Notes: generated by a model from the sequence alone, not told the origin. A stretch of DNA of 64,000 bases from Octopus vulgaris (GCA_951406725.2 OX597829.1:4774001-4838000), one strand, 5' to 3'; positions 41,114-56,366 are shown, numbered from the stretch's first letter. Made by a program: numbers and translations.

Positions 41114-41212
41114 GCCTACAATTGTTTCAATTCACACTCTATAAAAATATTACAAAATATAGGATAAAATAAGTTTGCATTTCGAATATTTAAAGTAAAA
41201 TATCTTCAGGGC
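41114..41212 (-). ncRNA. Hammerhead motif with long stem II insert at a PLE-type end
   Basis: GCC-CUGAAGA-[~74 nt]-GAAA-CAAUUG-UA-GGC, followed by aauaaa and 'cuccauuuucuua', a tail also seen after the degenerate HHR at 30094-30163. Confidence 0.5.
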
Positions 41213-41679
41213 CAATGGACATTAAGATCAATTGAGATTCTCCAACAGTCTGTCTACTTTCAAGATTGACACCAGGGAAAACCTATCTAGTGATGCTTCT
41301 TGGAGATAAGAAGTATATTCAATAAAAAGTGATGTGATAGAGAGGAGCCTCAGCCAAACTCACCTCAGTACCTATTCTGAAGGAAGTAACATCATTGGAA
41401 CCGGTAAAGGAGGCGTAATATTAGTTGGGAATGTTTAGTTGAGAAAGAATTGAGACAGCCAGAGTATTTCATAGAATATTTGGTGTTGCTACGTTGTCTG
41501 TAAGTATAAGTCTTTATAGAAAACATGGCAGTAACAGTAATCCTCACTTATGTATCCTGATCAGAACCATTTATATGAAGTCTTCTTGTTGACTATCTCA
41601 GTAATCTTCGTCGTTATCATGGTGACTCTAAGAGATACATTGCACCACTACCACATATATGGAGGAGATGTTTATAGTT

Positions 41680-41882
41680 GCGGGCGAAATGCGAAGCCGT
41701 ATTCCGTCTGCCGTTACGTTCTGGGTTCAAATTCCGCCGAGGTCGACTTTGCCTTTCATCCTTTCGGGGTCGATAAATTAAGTACCAGTTACGCACTGGA
41801 GTCGATGTAATCGACTTAATCCCTTTGTCTGTCCTTGTTTGTCCCACTCTGTGTTTAGCCCTTTGTGGGTAGTAAAGAAATA
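41680..41882 (+). mobile_element. SINE, same family as 5887-6118
   Basis: Direct similarity. Confidence 0.8.
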
Positions 41883-42405
41883 TATATAGTTGCGGAAAAT
41901 TTTCATTCTTCCACTACTTGGGCGAACATGTGAACCAGGTTGACTTTACCCTCACCAGGAAACGAAACAGTGTGAATGTTGTCCATACTAAGTTGTTCGT
42001 CGGTGTGGAATATAACATTCAAGACTGACTAGTGATGTTTGGCGTCGGAGTAAGTGCTAGTAAGACTCAAAAACAAGAATCCCGGAGAAACTGAAAGACT
42101 CCTTGACTACACGCAAATTAAAAAAAGTAAGAGATTAAACAAAGAACAATTTTAGACAATTAGAAGAGAAGTTATATTTAAGAAGGAGAGGGGCTGAAAG
42201 TAAGACGTTTACCAATGTTCTGTATAATATGAATCAGGCATGAGGTGTTCCAGATTTCAATGCAATGAGTCAGTGTAAACCAAATTCTCTTTGGTGAAAT
42301 GTGTGTGCGTAATGATATGGTGTAGGGGCATTATTTACATTATTTACATTCAACGGATATTTGTCCTCAACTGGATTCTCATTCCTAAGATATTTTTCGA
42401 TGTTG

Positions 42406-42409
<4 letters not shown>

Positions 42410-42484
<75 letters not shown>

Positions 42485-42552
42485 CATCATCATCATTATC
42501 ATCATCATCATTATTATTATTATTATTATTATCATCATCATTATCATCATCA

Positions 42553-42593
<41 letters not shown>

Positions 42594-42608
42594 GTTGTTG
42601 TTGTTGTT
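42410..42608. repeat. (TTA)n/(TCA)n/(TTG)n compound microsatellite
   Basis: Direct reading; it is the internal tract of a minus-strand hammerhead-SINE remnant (42330-42410). Confidence 0.95.
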
Positions 42609-42609
42609 G

Positions 42610-43120
42610 ACAGAAAGATACATGCAAATAGGCCAGACATCATAGTAAAAGACTTCAGACAAAAACATGTCTCCTCATTGATATGACTGTCCTAATCGAT
42701 ATAAATGTATCTGTCAATGTCTACCAAAACCTGAGCAAGTATAGAGATTTCGAAATAGAAATTAGCAAAATGTGGAAGCTGAAGACTAAAACAATACCTG
42801 GGAATGATAGCAAAAGGGGCTGATTGCTACCTAACTCAGATACCAAGAAACCCCAAAATGGTAGAAATTCAAACGTTAGTGCTCATGGGAAATGCTCATA
42901 TCCTACGTAAAATACTTTCTATGTAATCTCAAGTTTTAAAACAAACATAATTTTCTTATGGTTTCTTAAACATTCTCTAGAACAACACTATGTACAAAAC
43001 CAAATATATGGCACCCTAGGCATAACACCAACATGAACTTCCAACTTATTGTCTCTGAGGTCTCTGGGTGAGACTTGGAGCCAACTTGTACAAAAGTAAA
43101 GCAAAAGTCAAACATAAAAT
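42610..43120 (+). mobile_element. R4/Dong-clade LINE 3' end (RLE domain + 3' UTR)
   Basis: 'DRKIHANRPDIIVKD..IDMTV..SKYRDFEIEISKMWKLKTKTIP..EIQTLVLMGNAHILRKILSM*'. Confidence 0.8.
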
Positions 43121-43307
43121 AATAACATCGAAAAATAACTTAAGAATGAGAACCTAGGTTCGAAATTTCCCCCAAGACACCTGATGACAGCTGGAGGGTA
43201 TATCAGTCGAAATGTTGTGTTAACAACAAACAAGATGAGGACAAAGATCCGTCAAATGTAAATAATGTAAATAATGCACATAATTCCTCATCTCTTAAAT
43301 ATAGAAT
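43120..43307 (+). mobile_element. Tail of hammerhead-bearing SINE (HHR 43176-43221)
   Basis: GACAC-CUGAUGA-c-AGCUG-..-CAGUC-GAAA-UG-UU-GUGUU. Confidence 0.7.
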
Positions 43308-43799
43308 GGTGCAGGCGTCCGTACTGACAACAAGCTTCAGGGAATTGCCATCACGAAAGAAAGGAATATTTTAGAGAGAGGGACTACTCCAGGTCGAGGT
43401 AACAGAAGGATCAGTTATTGAAATTCACAGCTTTCAGCCTAAATATCTACTAAGAATTTGGAAGGTGGGAATACTTTAGGAGAGCTAATGATTTTGTATA
43501 TATCTGGTGAAATTGTATACGCTATAGCCAATCGCACAGTCAGTGGCATTGTAAGTACAAACCATATCACTGTCACCTGCTACAAGGACAAATGAGATAT
43601 TCAAGAAAAGAACTGGGTCTTTTCTGTTTGGCTGCCACTTTTCAATTTCTTCAATTTTCATTCCAATTGATTTCACATTTGATGTATTGATGTAATTCTG
43701 TATGGTAATCATTGACAGGAAATTCATTTTCGCCATAAATTAATAGAGCTAACAGCTTTTAAAGTTTGAAAATTTAGGGTAATTTTGGCCAATCTTATT

Positions 43800-43975
43800 T
43801 CTTTTTTGCTCACAAGGGGTCAAACATAGAGGGGACAAACAAAGACAGACAAAGGGATTAAGTCGATTACATCGACCTCGGTGCGTAACTGGTACTTGTT
43901 TAATCGATCCCGAAAGGATAAAGACTAAGTCGACCTCGGCGGAATTTGAACTCAGAACGTAAAGACAGACGAAAT
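43800..43975 (-). mobile_element. SINE, same family as 5887-6118
   Basis: Reverse-complement similarity. Confidence 0.75.
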
Positions 43976-44276
43976 TTGGTCAATCTAAAGCCACAGACAT
44001 CTTGTTGCCCGTTTCTTTAGTAACCAGCGAAGTTGGTAACCCACTTAGACATTTTCGCTTATTAAATGCTTAAAACACAGGTAGTCGGGAGATGTACTAA
44101 AAATAGTAGCTAAATATGCCTTAAATCACGTACCATTATTTTTTATTTTTGTATGATCGTATGAATTCCTTTGTGTAGAATACGAATTCGCTGAACTTTA
44201 TTGAAAATTCCCAAAATTAAAAAAAAAAACTCATATTGCGTGCGTAAAGCAGAATTCCACCGATATTTCATTTGGA

Positions 44277-44664
44277 ATGTTATTATCAGTCCGAATATTC
44301 TTGATGCGCGTTCGACTGGGGAACGAGCTGCTCACTGCGTTTTGTCACGGAAAATATATCTCGCTCGTTGATAAATGGTGCGTATACATGTAGATCAGTT
44401 GGCAGCGCCACCTACCTACACTGTGAGGTGCTAGCATTTCGGAGTAGTTATCTCCTCTTCGGTCACAGACACTAGGCAGACGACGCTACGAACTGATTGA
44501 AGAGATTGATTCTCTTATACTTTTCCAGTGACGCTGCGAGCTGATTTAGGCGTATACATACCATTTGCCAACAAGTGAGATATACTCTCCGTGACAAAAT
44601 GCAGTGAGTAGCTTGTTCCCCAGTTCGAACGTGCATCAAGCATATTCGGATTGATAATAACATT
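44277..44664. repeat. ~110-bp diverged inverted repeat, MITE-like
   Basis: 44277-44387 versus 44552-44664. Confidence 0.65.
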
Positions 44665-45705
44665 ACAGTTATATTTATCACTGCTTAGCGCTCCTCTTTC
44701 GTAATATTTAATTTGTTTACAGTTGACAACACCTGCAGTCACGCACAAAATGACAGCTTCCAAATCCTGTTTTCTGATTGGGTAAAAATGATCAAACTTT
44801 AAACTTCTATAACTTTTCACAAAAAATGTTTCTAGGGAAAGTGAATTAGCCCATGAGATTCAGCGTAGAAAATTACATCAATAGACCAAATTTTTAAGTC
44901 TTCACTAAACTTTAAAATTTCCACAGGTTCAGTCAAACAAGGTTAAGAACGGGAACAGAGGCAGGAAATTGATGGAACATTTTTTTTTAAATTGTAGAAA
45001 CTGTTATAATACAGCTATTTAAAAAGAAATTTAGCTTAGATGTTATACATTTTGGATTTGTCTTACTACAGGAACCTCCTATGACCTATTCTTAATGAAA
45101 TAATTTCAAGAGAAATTCTTTAGCCAGTAGCAAGTCGCAATACCTAGCATTCATTGACCTGTAGAAGTAGGTTGGCAGAGTTTTCACGCTTTATAGTATG
45201 GCGATAATAAAACTATGTCTATATAAATGGCTTATGAGAGTTATGCGAGCAATACACAGGTGTATCGGACGTATCGTTAGCAATGTGAGAGAAGTAAGCG
45301 AGTTTAGTAAGTAATTTAGAATACAAGTTGTCGTCCATCACGGATTAGATTTAGGCAGCCTATTACTTATAAACCATAAGCATGTCGACGGCCTCAACTA
45401 TGCTTGTTCATATAGCCTAATCTGTTAAGGAACTAGAAGAAATGTTTCAAAGACGGGAGAAGAAACTTATAATCTAGATGTCTAAAAGTAAATCTAGTGG
45501 AGACAAAGGTTTTACTATGAAAGAATATGGAACCGTGTTGCCATCTTGGAAGTTGCTTTGCTCGATATTCAGAAAAGTTGTATATAGAATATGAGAACAT
45601 AATTTGTGCAAAGAATATCAGCAAAACCACTTCGAAATATTTGCATTTTCTTCTTATTCACACACACACACACACACACACATACACACACACACACACA
45701 CACAT

Positions 45706-45753
<48 letters not shown>

Positions 45754-46611
45754 GCGCGCACACTCGCACACATGCGCACTCGCACACACACAGACACACA
45801 CATATATACTATTCCCAAATTGAAAGGGTGGGACGGGTAAAATCCAGGTAACACAAGCTTCTTCTTAGCTAGCTGATCCTCTGATGTAATAATTACTCAA
45901 CGAAGGTTACTCAGCTAGTCCTTAAGCTGAGAATACCTTAATTACGGAGAATATCTTAATCACGGCATTCCTTAATTGCGAAGGTTATATTGACGTTTGG
46001 TATTTCCAAGTTATCTCACTGCAGATATGAACTGAAATGAACAGCAGAGCCTGAAGAACGGAATAAAAGAAAACAAAAACGGTCAAGAAGTAAGAAAGAT
46101 AAGGTTGAGATCATATATGTGGAAGTGAGAGTCGTATAAGGTTGATAAAAATGAAGAAAAAGAAAAGGGGAAGAAATAGGGGGTAATAGGAGCAGGTAGA
46201 TGGTGCCGGTAAGGAGGAGGAATAATTGCCATATTTAACTGGGATGGGTAAAGATAGAGCCTAGGTATTAGACACCGGGGTATTGAATTCGTAGCGGATA
46301 CTTGGCGCTAGCACAGTTGGCCGTGGGTATACGTTACATTATACATACATGCACACACACTTCACACCAGTAATGTAAACATAAGTATATATATGCGCGC
46401 ACTCTCTCTCTCACACACATCTATATTCAGAGGGAGAGAGAGAGAGATCTACATGCATGGATGCATGCATGCATGCATCCATCTATCCATCCATCCATCC
46501 AAAGATACATACATACATTCATACATACATACATACATACATACATACATACATACATACATACATACATACATACATACATACATGTGTGTATGTATAT
46601 ACACACATACA

Positions 46612-49600
46612 TGATGATGGCCGTCCACTCGTGACCGAGGAAGACCATTGCTGACCTTCAGGAACATTGTGCGCTTCAGGACTAACTTATATTTTGCATT
46701 TGCAGCTCTGTTGCGGGATAATGAGCCCTGCTCTTGACAAGTAGACACGACTGCAAACTTTGTAAACCAAACTTTCTCCGTTGTACGTTTTCGAGTAGCA
46801 CGCTTAAATTCTTCATACAGAATACGTGCTCTCTCAAAGGTGTTGTCCCCCTCCTTAACCTGCGTCCTCCATCTGTGACGATGTCAGGCATTGTTCTCCC
46901 AGTCAGTCTCCTACTTAGCACAGGTCTTTAATGAGGACTTGAGGCAGTCCTTAAATCGCAGCTTTGGTATGTCTCGCATGAGTAAAGCAGCGATGTCAGA
47001 ATAAATGCACGGTATACAGCAATTTTTGTTTGCCTTGTGATGCCATGCTGGGACCAGACACGAGATTGAAAAGGCCGGAAGCAACCAGTTGCTCTCTGCA
47101 GCCTGAAAGATAATCCATCATTCAGGGAGCAAGAACGGCTGAATGTGCAGCCCAGGTAGACAAACTTGTCTACGACTTTCAGAATTGTTCCTTCAACCAA
47201 GATAGCTGGTTCCACATATGGAACATTACAACAGCTTTTCCAGGCTAATGCTGATTCCAAATTCCTCACAAGAAGCAGAAATATGGTTCATAAGTATTTG
47301 CATGTCATCCAATGTATGAGTGACTAAGTCACAGTCATCTGCATAAAGGAGGTCACGAATAGGAGACTGGAAAACTTTTGAATTGGCAGCAAATCGGCGC
47401 GGATTGAAGAGGCGGTCAGAAGATCGATATCTGATATATATTCCTAGAGAGCTAACTTTAGCAAAAGCATGAGTGAAAGCAGCAGCAAAGTACAAAGGAA
47501 AGAGAGTTGGGGCAAGGATGTCACCCTGCTTGACACCATTCTCTACAGGAATGGGTCCCACTAGCAACATTGACCCAAGCCACCATCCCATCATGAAATC
47601 TAGATACAAAGTGATCCAGACATCCAAGTCTGCCAAGTATTTTCTATAGAAAGGCCCTATTCACAGTATCAAATCCCTTTGTTAAATCAACGAATACCTG
47701 GACAAAATCCGTATTCTGCTCATAGCCCTTCTCCTGTATCTGTCTTGCTGTGAAAATCATATCCATTGTCCCTCTACCAGACTGGAAGCCACAGTGAGAT
47801 TCAGATTGGACATCATTTACGAGACACCCATATTTGTCAGAACCTTGTCAGCAGGTGATAGTAGAGGAATACCCCTGTAGTTACCACACATTGTTCTAGC
47901 TCCTCCTTTATAGAGAGGAAGAATAATTGCATCCTTCCAATCCTTAGGCATTGCACCGTCCCTTCTGACTGCACTAAGTTCATGAAGGAACTGAATGTTG
48001 TAATCACCACCAAATCGCAAGACCTCAGCACAAATTCCATCCCTTCCTGGTGCCCTACTAAGATTCAATTTATTTATCGATATCATTACCTCATCTATTG
48101 AGGGCGTGGAATTTAAGCAGCCAATGAGAAGCCTTTGTTGCATAGAGTAGAAATTTCTTTGGAAAGCAAAGGAGCTGATGCAGAGCTCTAAAGCCCATAA
48201 ACCTGCTTCATAAGGTGGTAAAGCTTCTTGCTGTCATTTGCATCAGCAGCAGCCTGAACATCACGAGCAAGATCCTCCCACTAAGTGTTCTGCATCTTCC
48301 TGTGAGATCACTGCGGTAGTGATTTTACACTGCTATAGTGAGAAAGTGCTAGATTTCGTCGCTCAGCTAAAAGTCCTCTGTGCAGTAATACACAGAAAGC
48401 ACGACGCTTTACAACCAATAGACGCTAAACTTCAGCATAATTTTCATCAAACCAGACTCTGTGTCTGGCAGCAGAATATCCCAGTGTTTCAGCAGCAACA
48501 TTGAAGAACCTGGTCTCGGAAATCTTCCCGTACTGTAGTATTTTCAATGCTGGACAAGCGAGTCTGAACCTCTTTCCTCAACACAATATCGTATATCTTG
48601 TGGTCATTCAAACACCTAGGAATGCCAACTGGCCCTCTTCTCTCTTTCACTCTAATCATCATCTAGGACTTTGCTCGCACCAGACTGTGGTCTGTCCAGC
48701 ATTCCGATCCATGAAAGGACTCGACATTACAAATGTCAAAGATTCTGGATGATGACAAAAGTGCCAAACTTTAGACCTTGAATGCATCAACGTTGCTTTG
48801 CGATCACCTTTGTGCATAAAATGAGTGCTTGCGAAGTCCATGATCATCGCAAATCTCCAGCAGCATGAGACCACTGCCATTCATTTTCCCTACTCTAAAA
48901 CGTCCTCGAGAGTTCCATGTTTGCCTGTTTGTTCCAACACTGGCATTGAAATCCCACAGTTGAATGACTTTATCAGAATTGGTGAGTTTCATAAGTATGG
49001 CTCATAGCTGGGTATAAAAAATAGTTTTATCTTCATCACAACTTGTCAAAGTAGGTGCATAGGCTCTTATTAGAGTAGCAAACCGCCCACCTTTCAGGTG
49101 CAATAGGAACAAGAAGCTCTTCCAACTACTTAAGGATATCAGATCGAAATGCAAAGCCAACACCAGCCTCTCTGCGCTCCTCCTTCTGCCTTACCTTCCA
49201 AAGAAAGGTGTATCCACCTCCTACTTACTCAAGCTGACCATCACCTTCGATACGAGTCTCTGAAAGTGCAGCTATATCAATGTTATAGCGGTTCAGCTCG
49301 CGAGCAAACAAGTGCAGAGCTTTTTTAAAACCTACAATCACTCTTGTTTTCCAACTGAGTGCGCACATTCCAACATAAAATGTTTAAGTTCCATCCAGAT
49401 TTTGTTAAAAAAAACTTTGTATTTCGAGCGTGGGGTGGACATCTGTCAGTCGCGCTAAACTGACCTGATATAGAAAGGCAAGCAATTTTTGGTTCACCTT
49501 TCCTAGAACTTTCCTGGGCTCCGGGTGAACAGTGCTCTCTCCAAATGGAGCTGCTCAGACAGCCATGCAGCAACCGAATCCTATCGCTGTCTTGGGCGAC

Positions 49601-50470
49601 AAGGAGATGATTTTATATCTAGCATGGGCCGCTTACGTGCAGGTCGCTGACTACATGCTTCAAACCTGTCAGGTCTGCATGGTTCATCACTTTCCATCGC
49701 CGAAGGACTTCTGAATAAAAATAAAATAAATCTCTTTACTCTTTACTCTTTTACTTGTTTCAATCATTTGACTGCGGCCATGCTGGAGCACCGCCTTTTA
49801 GTCGAGCAAATCGACCCCAGGACTTATTCTTTGTAAGCCTAGTACTTATTCTATCGGTCTCTTTTGCCGAACCAAAAATAAAATCATAATATATAGGGAC
49901 GAAAGAAAAGCAGCACATATCGAGTAGAGGTCAGCAATGCTTGTGCAGAGTTTTAGGTCCAATAAGGCCCGCACGACACCTCATAGACCCTCTCCACTCT
50001 ATTGGTATTATCCAGAGACATGCCGGAGCAAGATGTCTGGTGCCAATATGATTCGTAGGCTCAGGGATGTGGGAACACCTTGATATCCAGCATAAACCAA
50101 ATACCTCCAAAATGTCCTGTGCCATTCCCTGCATATCTGGTTTTATATTAGAGTGACCATCTCCTAGAGACATGCTTCAAAAGAAGCTGTGGGGTGTCTC
50201 ACTCCCAGTGGTCTTCTAGCAGGCGGGACATTATCCCTGAATTTCTGCGTGCCCATGCTACTGCTAGATTGCCGTTGAGCCTGCACGAGGTTCATCCGAT
50301 ATTTTGAACAGGTCATGTTTTTAATCCTGCTGGGTTTTTAGCAACCCTCCTCACTAGGGTAGCCTGGTTGGGGGTGCCAGTTTAGTCGCTGACAACCCGA
50401 CCATGCAACAGGTTGTACTGGATTCCATGTTACAAGCAGCACTTATGAGAGCTTCATAAGTGATTTGACA
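46612..50470 (-). mobile_element. Full-length decayed RTE-clade LINE embedded in (CATA)n
   Basis: APE 'CWNVRT..IDIAALSETR..GYTFFWK..AGVGFA', RT 'RAPGRDGI..NYRGIPLLS..GVKQGDILAPTLF..DLLYADDC', 'FVYLGC..LLYSCET'; a SINE 3' fragment is inserted at ~49730-49872 with an 'aaaataaaat' duplication. Confidence 0.9.
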
Positions 50471-51299
50471 TACATACATACATACATACACAGACACACA
50501 CATACATACATACACACACACATACATACAAACATACATACATACATACATACATACATACATAATACATACATGCATACATACATACATACAAACATAC
50601 ATACATACATACATACACACACACATACATACATACATAATACATACATACATACATACAAACATACATACATACATACATACATACAAACATACATACA
50701 TACATACATACATACAAACATACATACATACATACATACGCACATACATACATACATGCATACATACACACATACATACATACACACATACATACATACA
50801 TACATACATACATACACACATACATACATACATACATACACACATACCTACATACATACATACATCCATCCATCCATCCATACATACATACATACATACA
50901 TACATACATACATACATACATACATACATACATACATACATACATACATACATACATACATACACGCATACATTTCATGCATACATACACGTATGCATGC
51001 ATACATACATTAGTGTATATAAAAATACACCCAAATAATGAATTATATACATTTATTGAAGGCCTACAATTGTTCCGAATAAATATTTGGAAGGGTTTAA
51101 TTCCACAGATCATCTTCATTAATTGATTGATCCGTTGTCGATCACATGCTCTCATCCTCTTCACAGTCTCTATGTGTACTTTCTCTATCACTCTGTATCG
51201 ACCTATCAATTTACCTTTGTAAATGGGTCACAGATTTACAAATCTGACCGCAGGCGAAATTTTGAAGGAGCCTGTACAATTCACAAATTTGCTTCTAAC

Positions 51300-51860
51300 C
51301 CACAAACATTATACAGATAGACTAGGAAGAAAAATGTTACCGTTAAGAAAGCTTCCTCTCAAGATCTTGAATCATTCTGGGTGAGAACCTGGAGCGAAAA
51401 GGGGAACCTCAACCCCAATGTTTCGTGGATAAATGCAGTAAACAGTGAATACTGTACTAGCATCAACAGTAAAACATGCAAATGACACGGAAATTTTCAC
51501 CATAACTGTAGAAAAACTGCATAATGGGAAGGCACCTGGACGGGACCTAAGAATTGGAAACTGGTATAAGAGGCTGACCTTTTATAGGAAACCATTAATA
51601 AATATATTCAAAAGAGTACTAGGAAAGGTCAGATTGACTACCAAATTGGTTTGTTATAGCATGAATGAATCCCGTAGTCAAGAATGAAACCATTGAAGTT
51701 GCCTGAAAACTACAGTTCCATTGCTTCCTTAAATATTATTTATAAACTGTACACAAGCTGCATCAACCGATTACTCCAATTTTGAATCTAACAACGTAAC
51801 GACTGATGAGCTGGTGGGTGGAAAGTAGAAGTGTGAGGTATGCTGAACAACTTCTGACAT
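51300..51860 (+). pseudogene. R4-like RT fragment
   Basis: 'EKLHNGKAPGRDLRIGNWYKRL' and 'PENYSSIASLNIIYKLYTSCI'. Confidence 0.6.
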
Positions 51861-52147
51861 GGTTCCGGGTTCAGTCCCACTGACGTGAAAAGAATCGTCG
51901 GGGCCTCTTGGAACAGTGTGGCTTGATTATAGGAAGACAATGGACATTTATGATTGTTACCCTGCATAGTGAACAAAGTCAAGAAGTATTTTATTCTTTT
52001 CCCAACATCATATTCAGTAGAGCGGGGCTTCAGTGCAGCTGCCCAGCTTCTTTCAAAGCAAAGAAAAAACCCGGACAGAAAATTGCTGAACGCGGGCATC
52101 TAAGACTAATTTTTAGTATCTTTCGACCTGTTGTTGGGAGCTGATAT

Positions 52148-52390
52148 CCTCTTTACTCTTTCTCTTTTACTTGTTTCAGTCATTTGACTGCGGCCATGCT
52201 GGAGCACCGCCTTTAGACGAGCAAATCGACCCCGGGACTTATTCTTTGTAAGCCTAGTACCTATTCTATCGGTCTCTTTTGCCGAACCGCTAAGTAACGG
52301 GGACGTAAACACACCAGCATCGGTTGTCAAGCGATGCTGGGGAGACAAACACAGACACACACACATACACACACACACACACACACACAT

Positions 52391-52455
<65 letters not shown>

Positions 52456-52621
52456 TACAACGGGCTTCTTTCAGTTTCCGTCTACCAAATCCACTCACAA
52501 GGCACTGGTCGGCCCGAGGCTATAGTAGAAAACACTTGCCCAAGATGCCACGCAGTGGGACTGAACCCGGAACCATGTGGTTGGTAAGCAAGCTACTTAC
52601 CACACAGCCACTCCCGCGCCT
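52148..52621 (-). mobile_element. tRNA-derived SINE, abundant family
   Basis: Full-length copy with internal (CA)/(TA) tract. Confidence 0.9.
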
Positions 52622-52965
52622 ATACAAAGTACATATTTCACACACACACACAAAAATTCAACGTAGTTACGGGGAGTGGGGAGATGTAAATTTGCTCTTT
52701 CATATTGTAGAAAAAAAAATGGGGTAAATCGAACTAAAAATAATGGGTTAGCTAGGTTATTTGCCATATAAAGTTGTTTTGAATTTGAAGTAGAAAGACA
52801 TCTGTGATTATAATGATTGGGTGAGCAGAGCTGGAAAAGTGGGCCGGGATCCAAGTGGGGAGTGTCCGAAAAAGCTTGGGAATCACTGACCAAGAATAAG
52901 AACCCAGTTCAGTAGACGCTCAGGTTTTATGTGACTCTAACTTTTAAACAGTCTGTCACACAGCC

Positions 52966-53450
52966 TCAGAGGTGTGCGAACTGTAGATGGAGGGGAGAAA
53001 ATGAGGTGTAGTGTTGGCGAATCTCAGAAAGCATGGACGTTTTGAAGGATGCAGTGCTCCGACAACTAACAACTGATGCCGGCAGTTTGTTCCATGCTTC
53101 AGCAACTCTCAGCGTGAAAAAATGTTTCCTAAAGTCATGGGAGCTGTGCTGTTTTCTGACTTTGTAAACATGCCCACGGGTGTTAGACAGGTGGAGTTTG
53201 AAAAGGTGCTCAGAGTTATTGTTTGTAAGATGGTTAATAATTTTATGGGTGTCTGCCAAGTCAGCTGCCAGACGTCGGAGTTTCAATGTGTCCATGCCCA
53301 GGGAATTAAGGCGTTCAGAATATGGCAAATGCCTGATGGAGGGTATTCTTTTGGTTGCACGTCGCTGAACGGCTTCCAGACGATTAATATCCTGGGCAAG
53401 ATAGGGATTCCAGACCGGTGATGCAAATTCCAGGTGAGGTCTTACCATGT
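52966..53450 (-). mobile_element. CR1-clade LINE ORF2 C-terminus
   Basis: 'VRPHLEFASPVWNPY..LEAVQRRATK..YSERL..TRGH..RKHFFTLRVAEAWNKLP..SFK'. Confidence 0.9.
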
Positions 53451-53617
53451 GGATAACTGAGATACCAGATGAATCCTCATTGCAACAGAGCACAAAGAAA
53501 AACAAACCAACTTTGTCTCAATTGCTACTTGATGAGAAAAAATTTTAGAGAGAGCGTCAGGAAATGAGTGTGGAAGTAAAACCAATCAAATTAAAGGCAA
53601 TGCCCAAGCATTTGCCA

Positions 53618-54097
<480 letters not shown>

Positions 54098-54771
54098 CCT
54101 CTGGCTGAGACTAAGTGAAATGGATAAATGAGAGAAAAGTGGATAACTAACGTTAGTTGATGTTATAAAGTGAATGATGGGAAATTATTGAAATATTGCC
54201 TTTGAACATTTCTGAAGATGACGGAAGACATGTAAAATGTAAAAAGAAATTAAGTTGAAAAAACAAAGAAAAATCAAAAAATGAATCTATTTAAAGATGT
54301 AAAAATTTAAGAAAATTAAGCACTCTTATCAAGGGAAACAATTCTGTCAAAGTTATCTCCCTTAGCTAATTGCCCGTATTTCTTCGATGCATTCTGAGAA
54401 TCACGTAAGCGTTGAACAAAATACTCATTTTATTCCCGAGTTCAAATTCGTTCGTAATCTATTTTATCTTTTACTGTTGGGTCTTTGCGATAACTGAGGC
54501 TGATATAATCGCAGAAGACTTAACACCAAATTTCTTGCCATGCAGGAGGGTTCCCCCATCGACTTCTTTCAATGGTAAATAGACAATAATAAACATGGAA
54601 ACAATGAAAAAATCCCGTTACGGATATCCACCTTGCGGCAAGATTTTCGAGGAAGGAAAGCCGCCTCTTTCATTCTGATTCTCTCTCTCTCTCTCTCTCT
54701 CCCTCCTTGTTAATATATATTCGTGGGTGGGTGAGTGTGCAATAATTATACCTGGAGAATATATTAATTAT

Positions 54772-55195
<424 letters not shown>

Positions 55196-55225
55196 ACACA
55201 CACACACACACACACAGACACACAT

Positions 55226-55258
<33 letters not shown>

Positions 55259-55421
55259 AAACACCATTCTAAACAAAACTGTCCGACGAACTCCGGGAAC
55301 GTGAAGCTCTGAGTAACAGTTTTTCTGATATTTCTGCTGCTTTTAAATAAAACATATTACTCTACCTCTGGTATTTGAGTACTATTTTTTCCATCGTGTT
55401 TTAGCTTTTACGTGTTTACTC

Positions 55422-55469
<48 letters not shown>

Positions 55470-55475
<6 letters not shown>

Positions 55476-55670
55476 AAAGTTTGCGAAAATAAACAAAAGA
55501 CGAAGGCAGGTGGAGTACAAAACAAACAAATGTATTAGTATAGCGCTCAAGAATAGAAAAAGTCTTTTACGTTTCGAGCCTACGCTTTTCGACAGAAAGA
55601 TACACACACAAAAGAAAAAAAAACAAGGAGAGAAAAAAATGCGTGTAGTAGCTAACGATCTATCATGGCG
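55470..55670 (-). mobile_element. PLE-type 3' end, CUGUNGA family (HHR 55564-55599)
   Basis: CUUU-CUGUCGA-A-AAGC-guag-GCUC-GAAA-CG-UA-AAAG. Confidence 0.65.
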
Positions 55671-56172
55671 TTCTGACGTCGACAATGGTCAGACGCGAGG
55701 GGGAAAGTAGGAGAGATAACAGGGTCAAGTGACTTCCAATACGATGAGAGTAACAAAGATGTACACATGGTTCCGGGTTCAGTCCCACTGCGTGGCACCT
55801 TGAGCAAGTGTCTTCTACTATGGCCTCAGGCCGACCAAAGCCTTGTGAGTGGATTTGGTAGACGGAAACTGAAAGAAGCCCGTCGTATGAATCTTTGTTA
55901 CCCATTTATATTTTATTCACCTAACCTGGAATTTGCTCTTCGGAAATTGTATAGAGAGATCCTTTATAAAAGGTACATGTCTGAATTGCCAAGAGCCGAT
56001 ATCTTCACTTAGCTGGGTACCATTGTCTGCACACACAGCATAAATATCGTGCACAAACACTCCTGCACGGGTTCCTGATATTCAATATTCAATCAATTTT
56101 GTTTGAGTGTATGGATTATATTGATCTAGCAAGGTGCCTCAATTCAAGTACCTAATTCAACGGTATCTTAAT

Positions 56173-56174
<2 letters not shown>

Positions 56175-56204
<30 letters not shown>

Positions 56205-56318
56205 TGTATGTATGTATGTATGTATGTATGTATGTATGTATGTATGTATGTATGTACGTATGTATGTATGTATGTATGTATGTATGCGCGTATGTATGTA
56301 TGAATGTATGTATGTATG

Positions 56319-56352
<34 letters not shown>

Positions 56353-56366
56353 TGCATGTTTGTATG

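Noticed and set aside
42270-42686. Poly-N/I/L ORFs
   Set aside because: Trinucleotide microsatellite; only the last codons belong to the R4 fragment.
50354-51209. ORFs of 130-250 aa (MYVC/HTYI repeats)
   Set aside because: (CATA)n microsatellite read-through.
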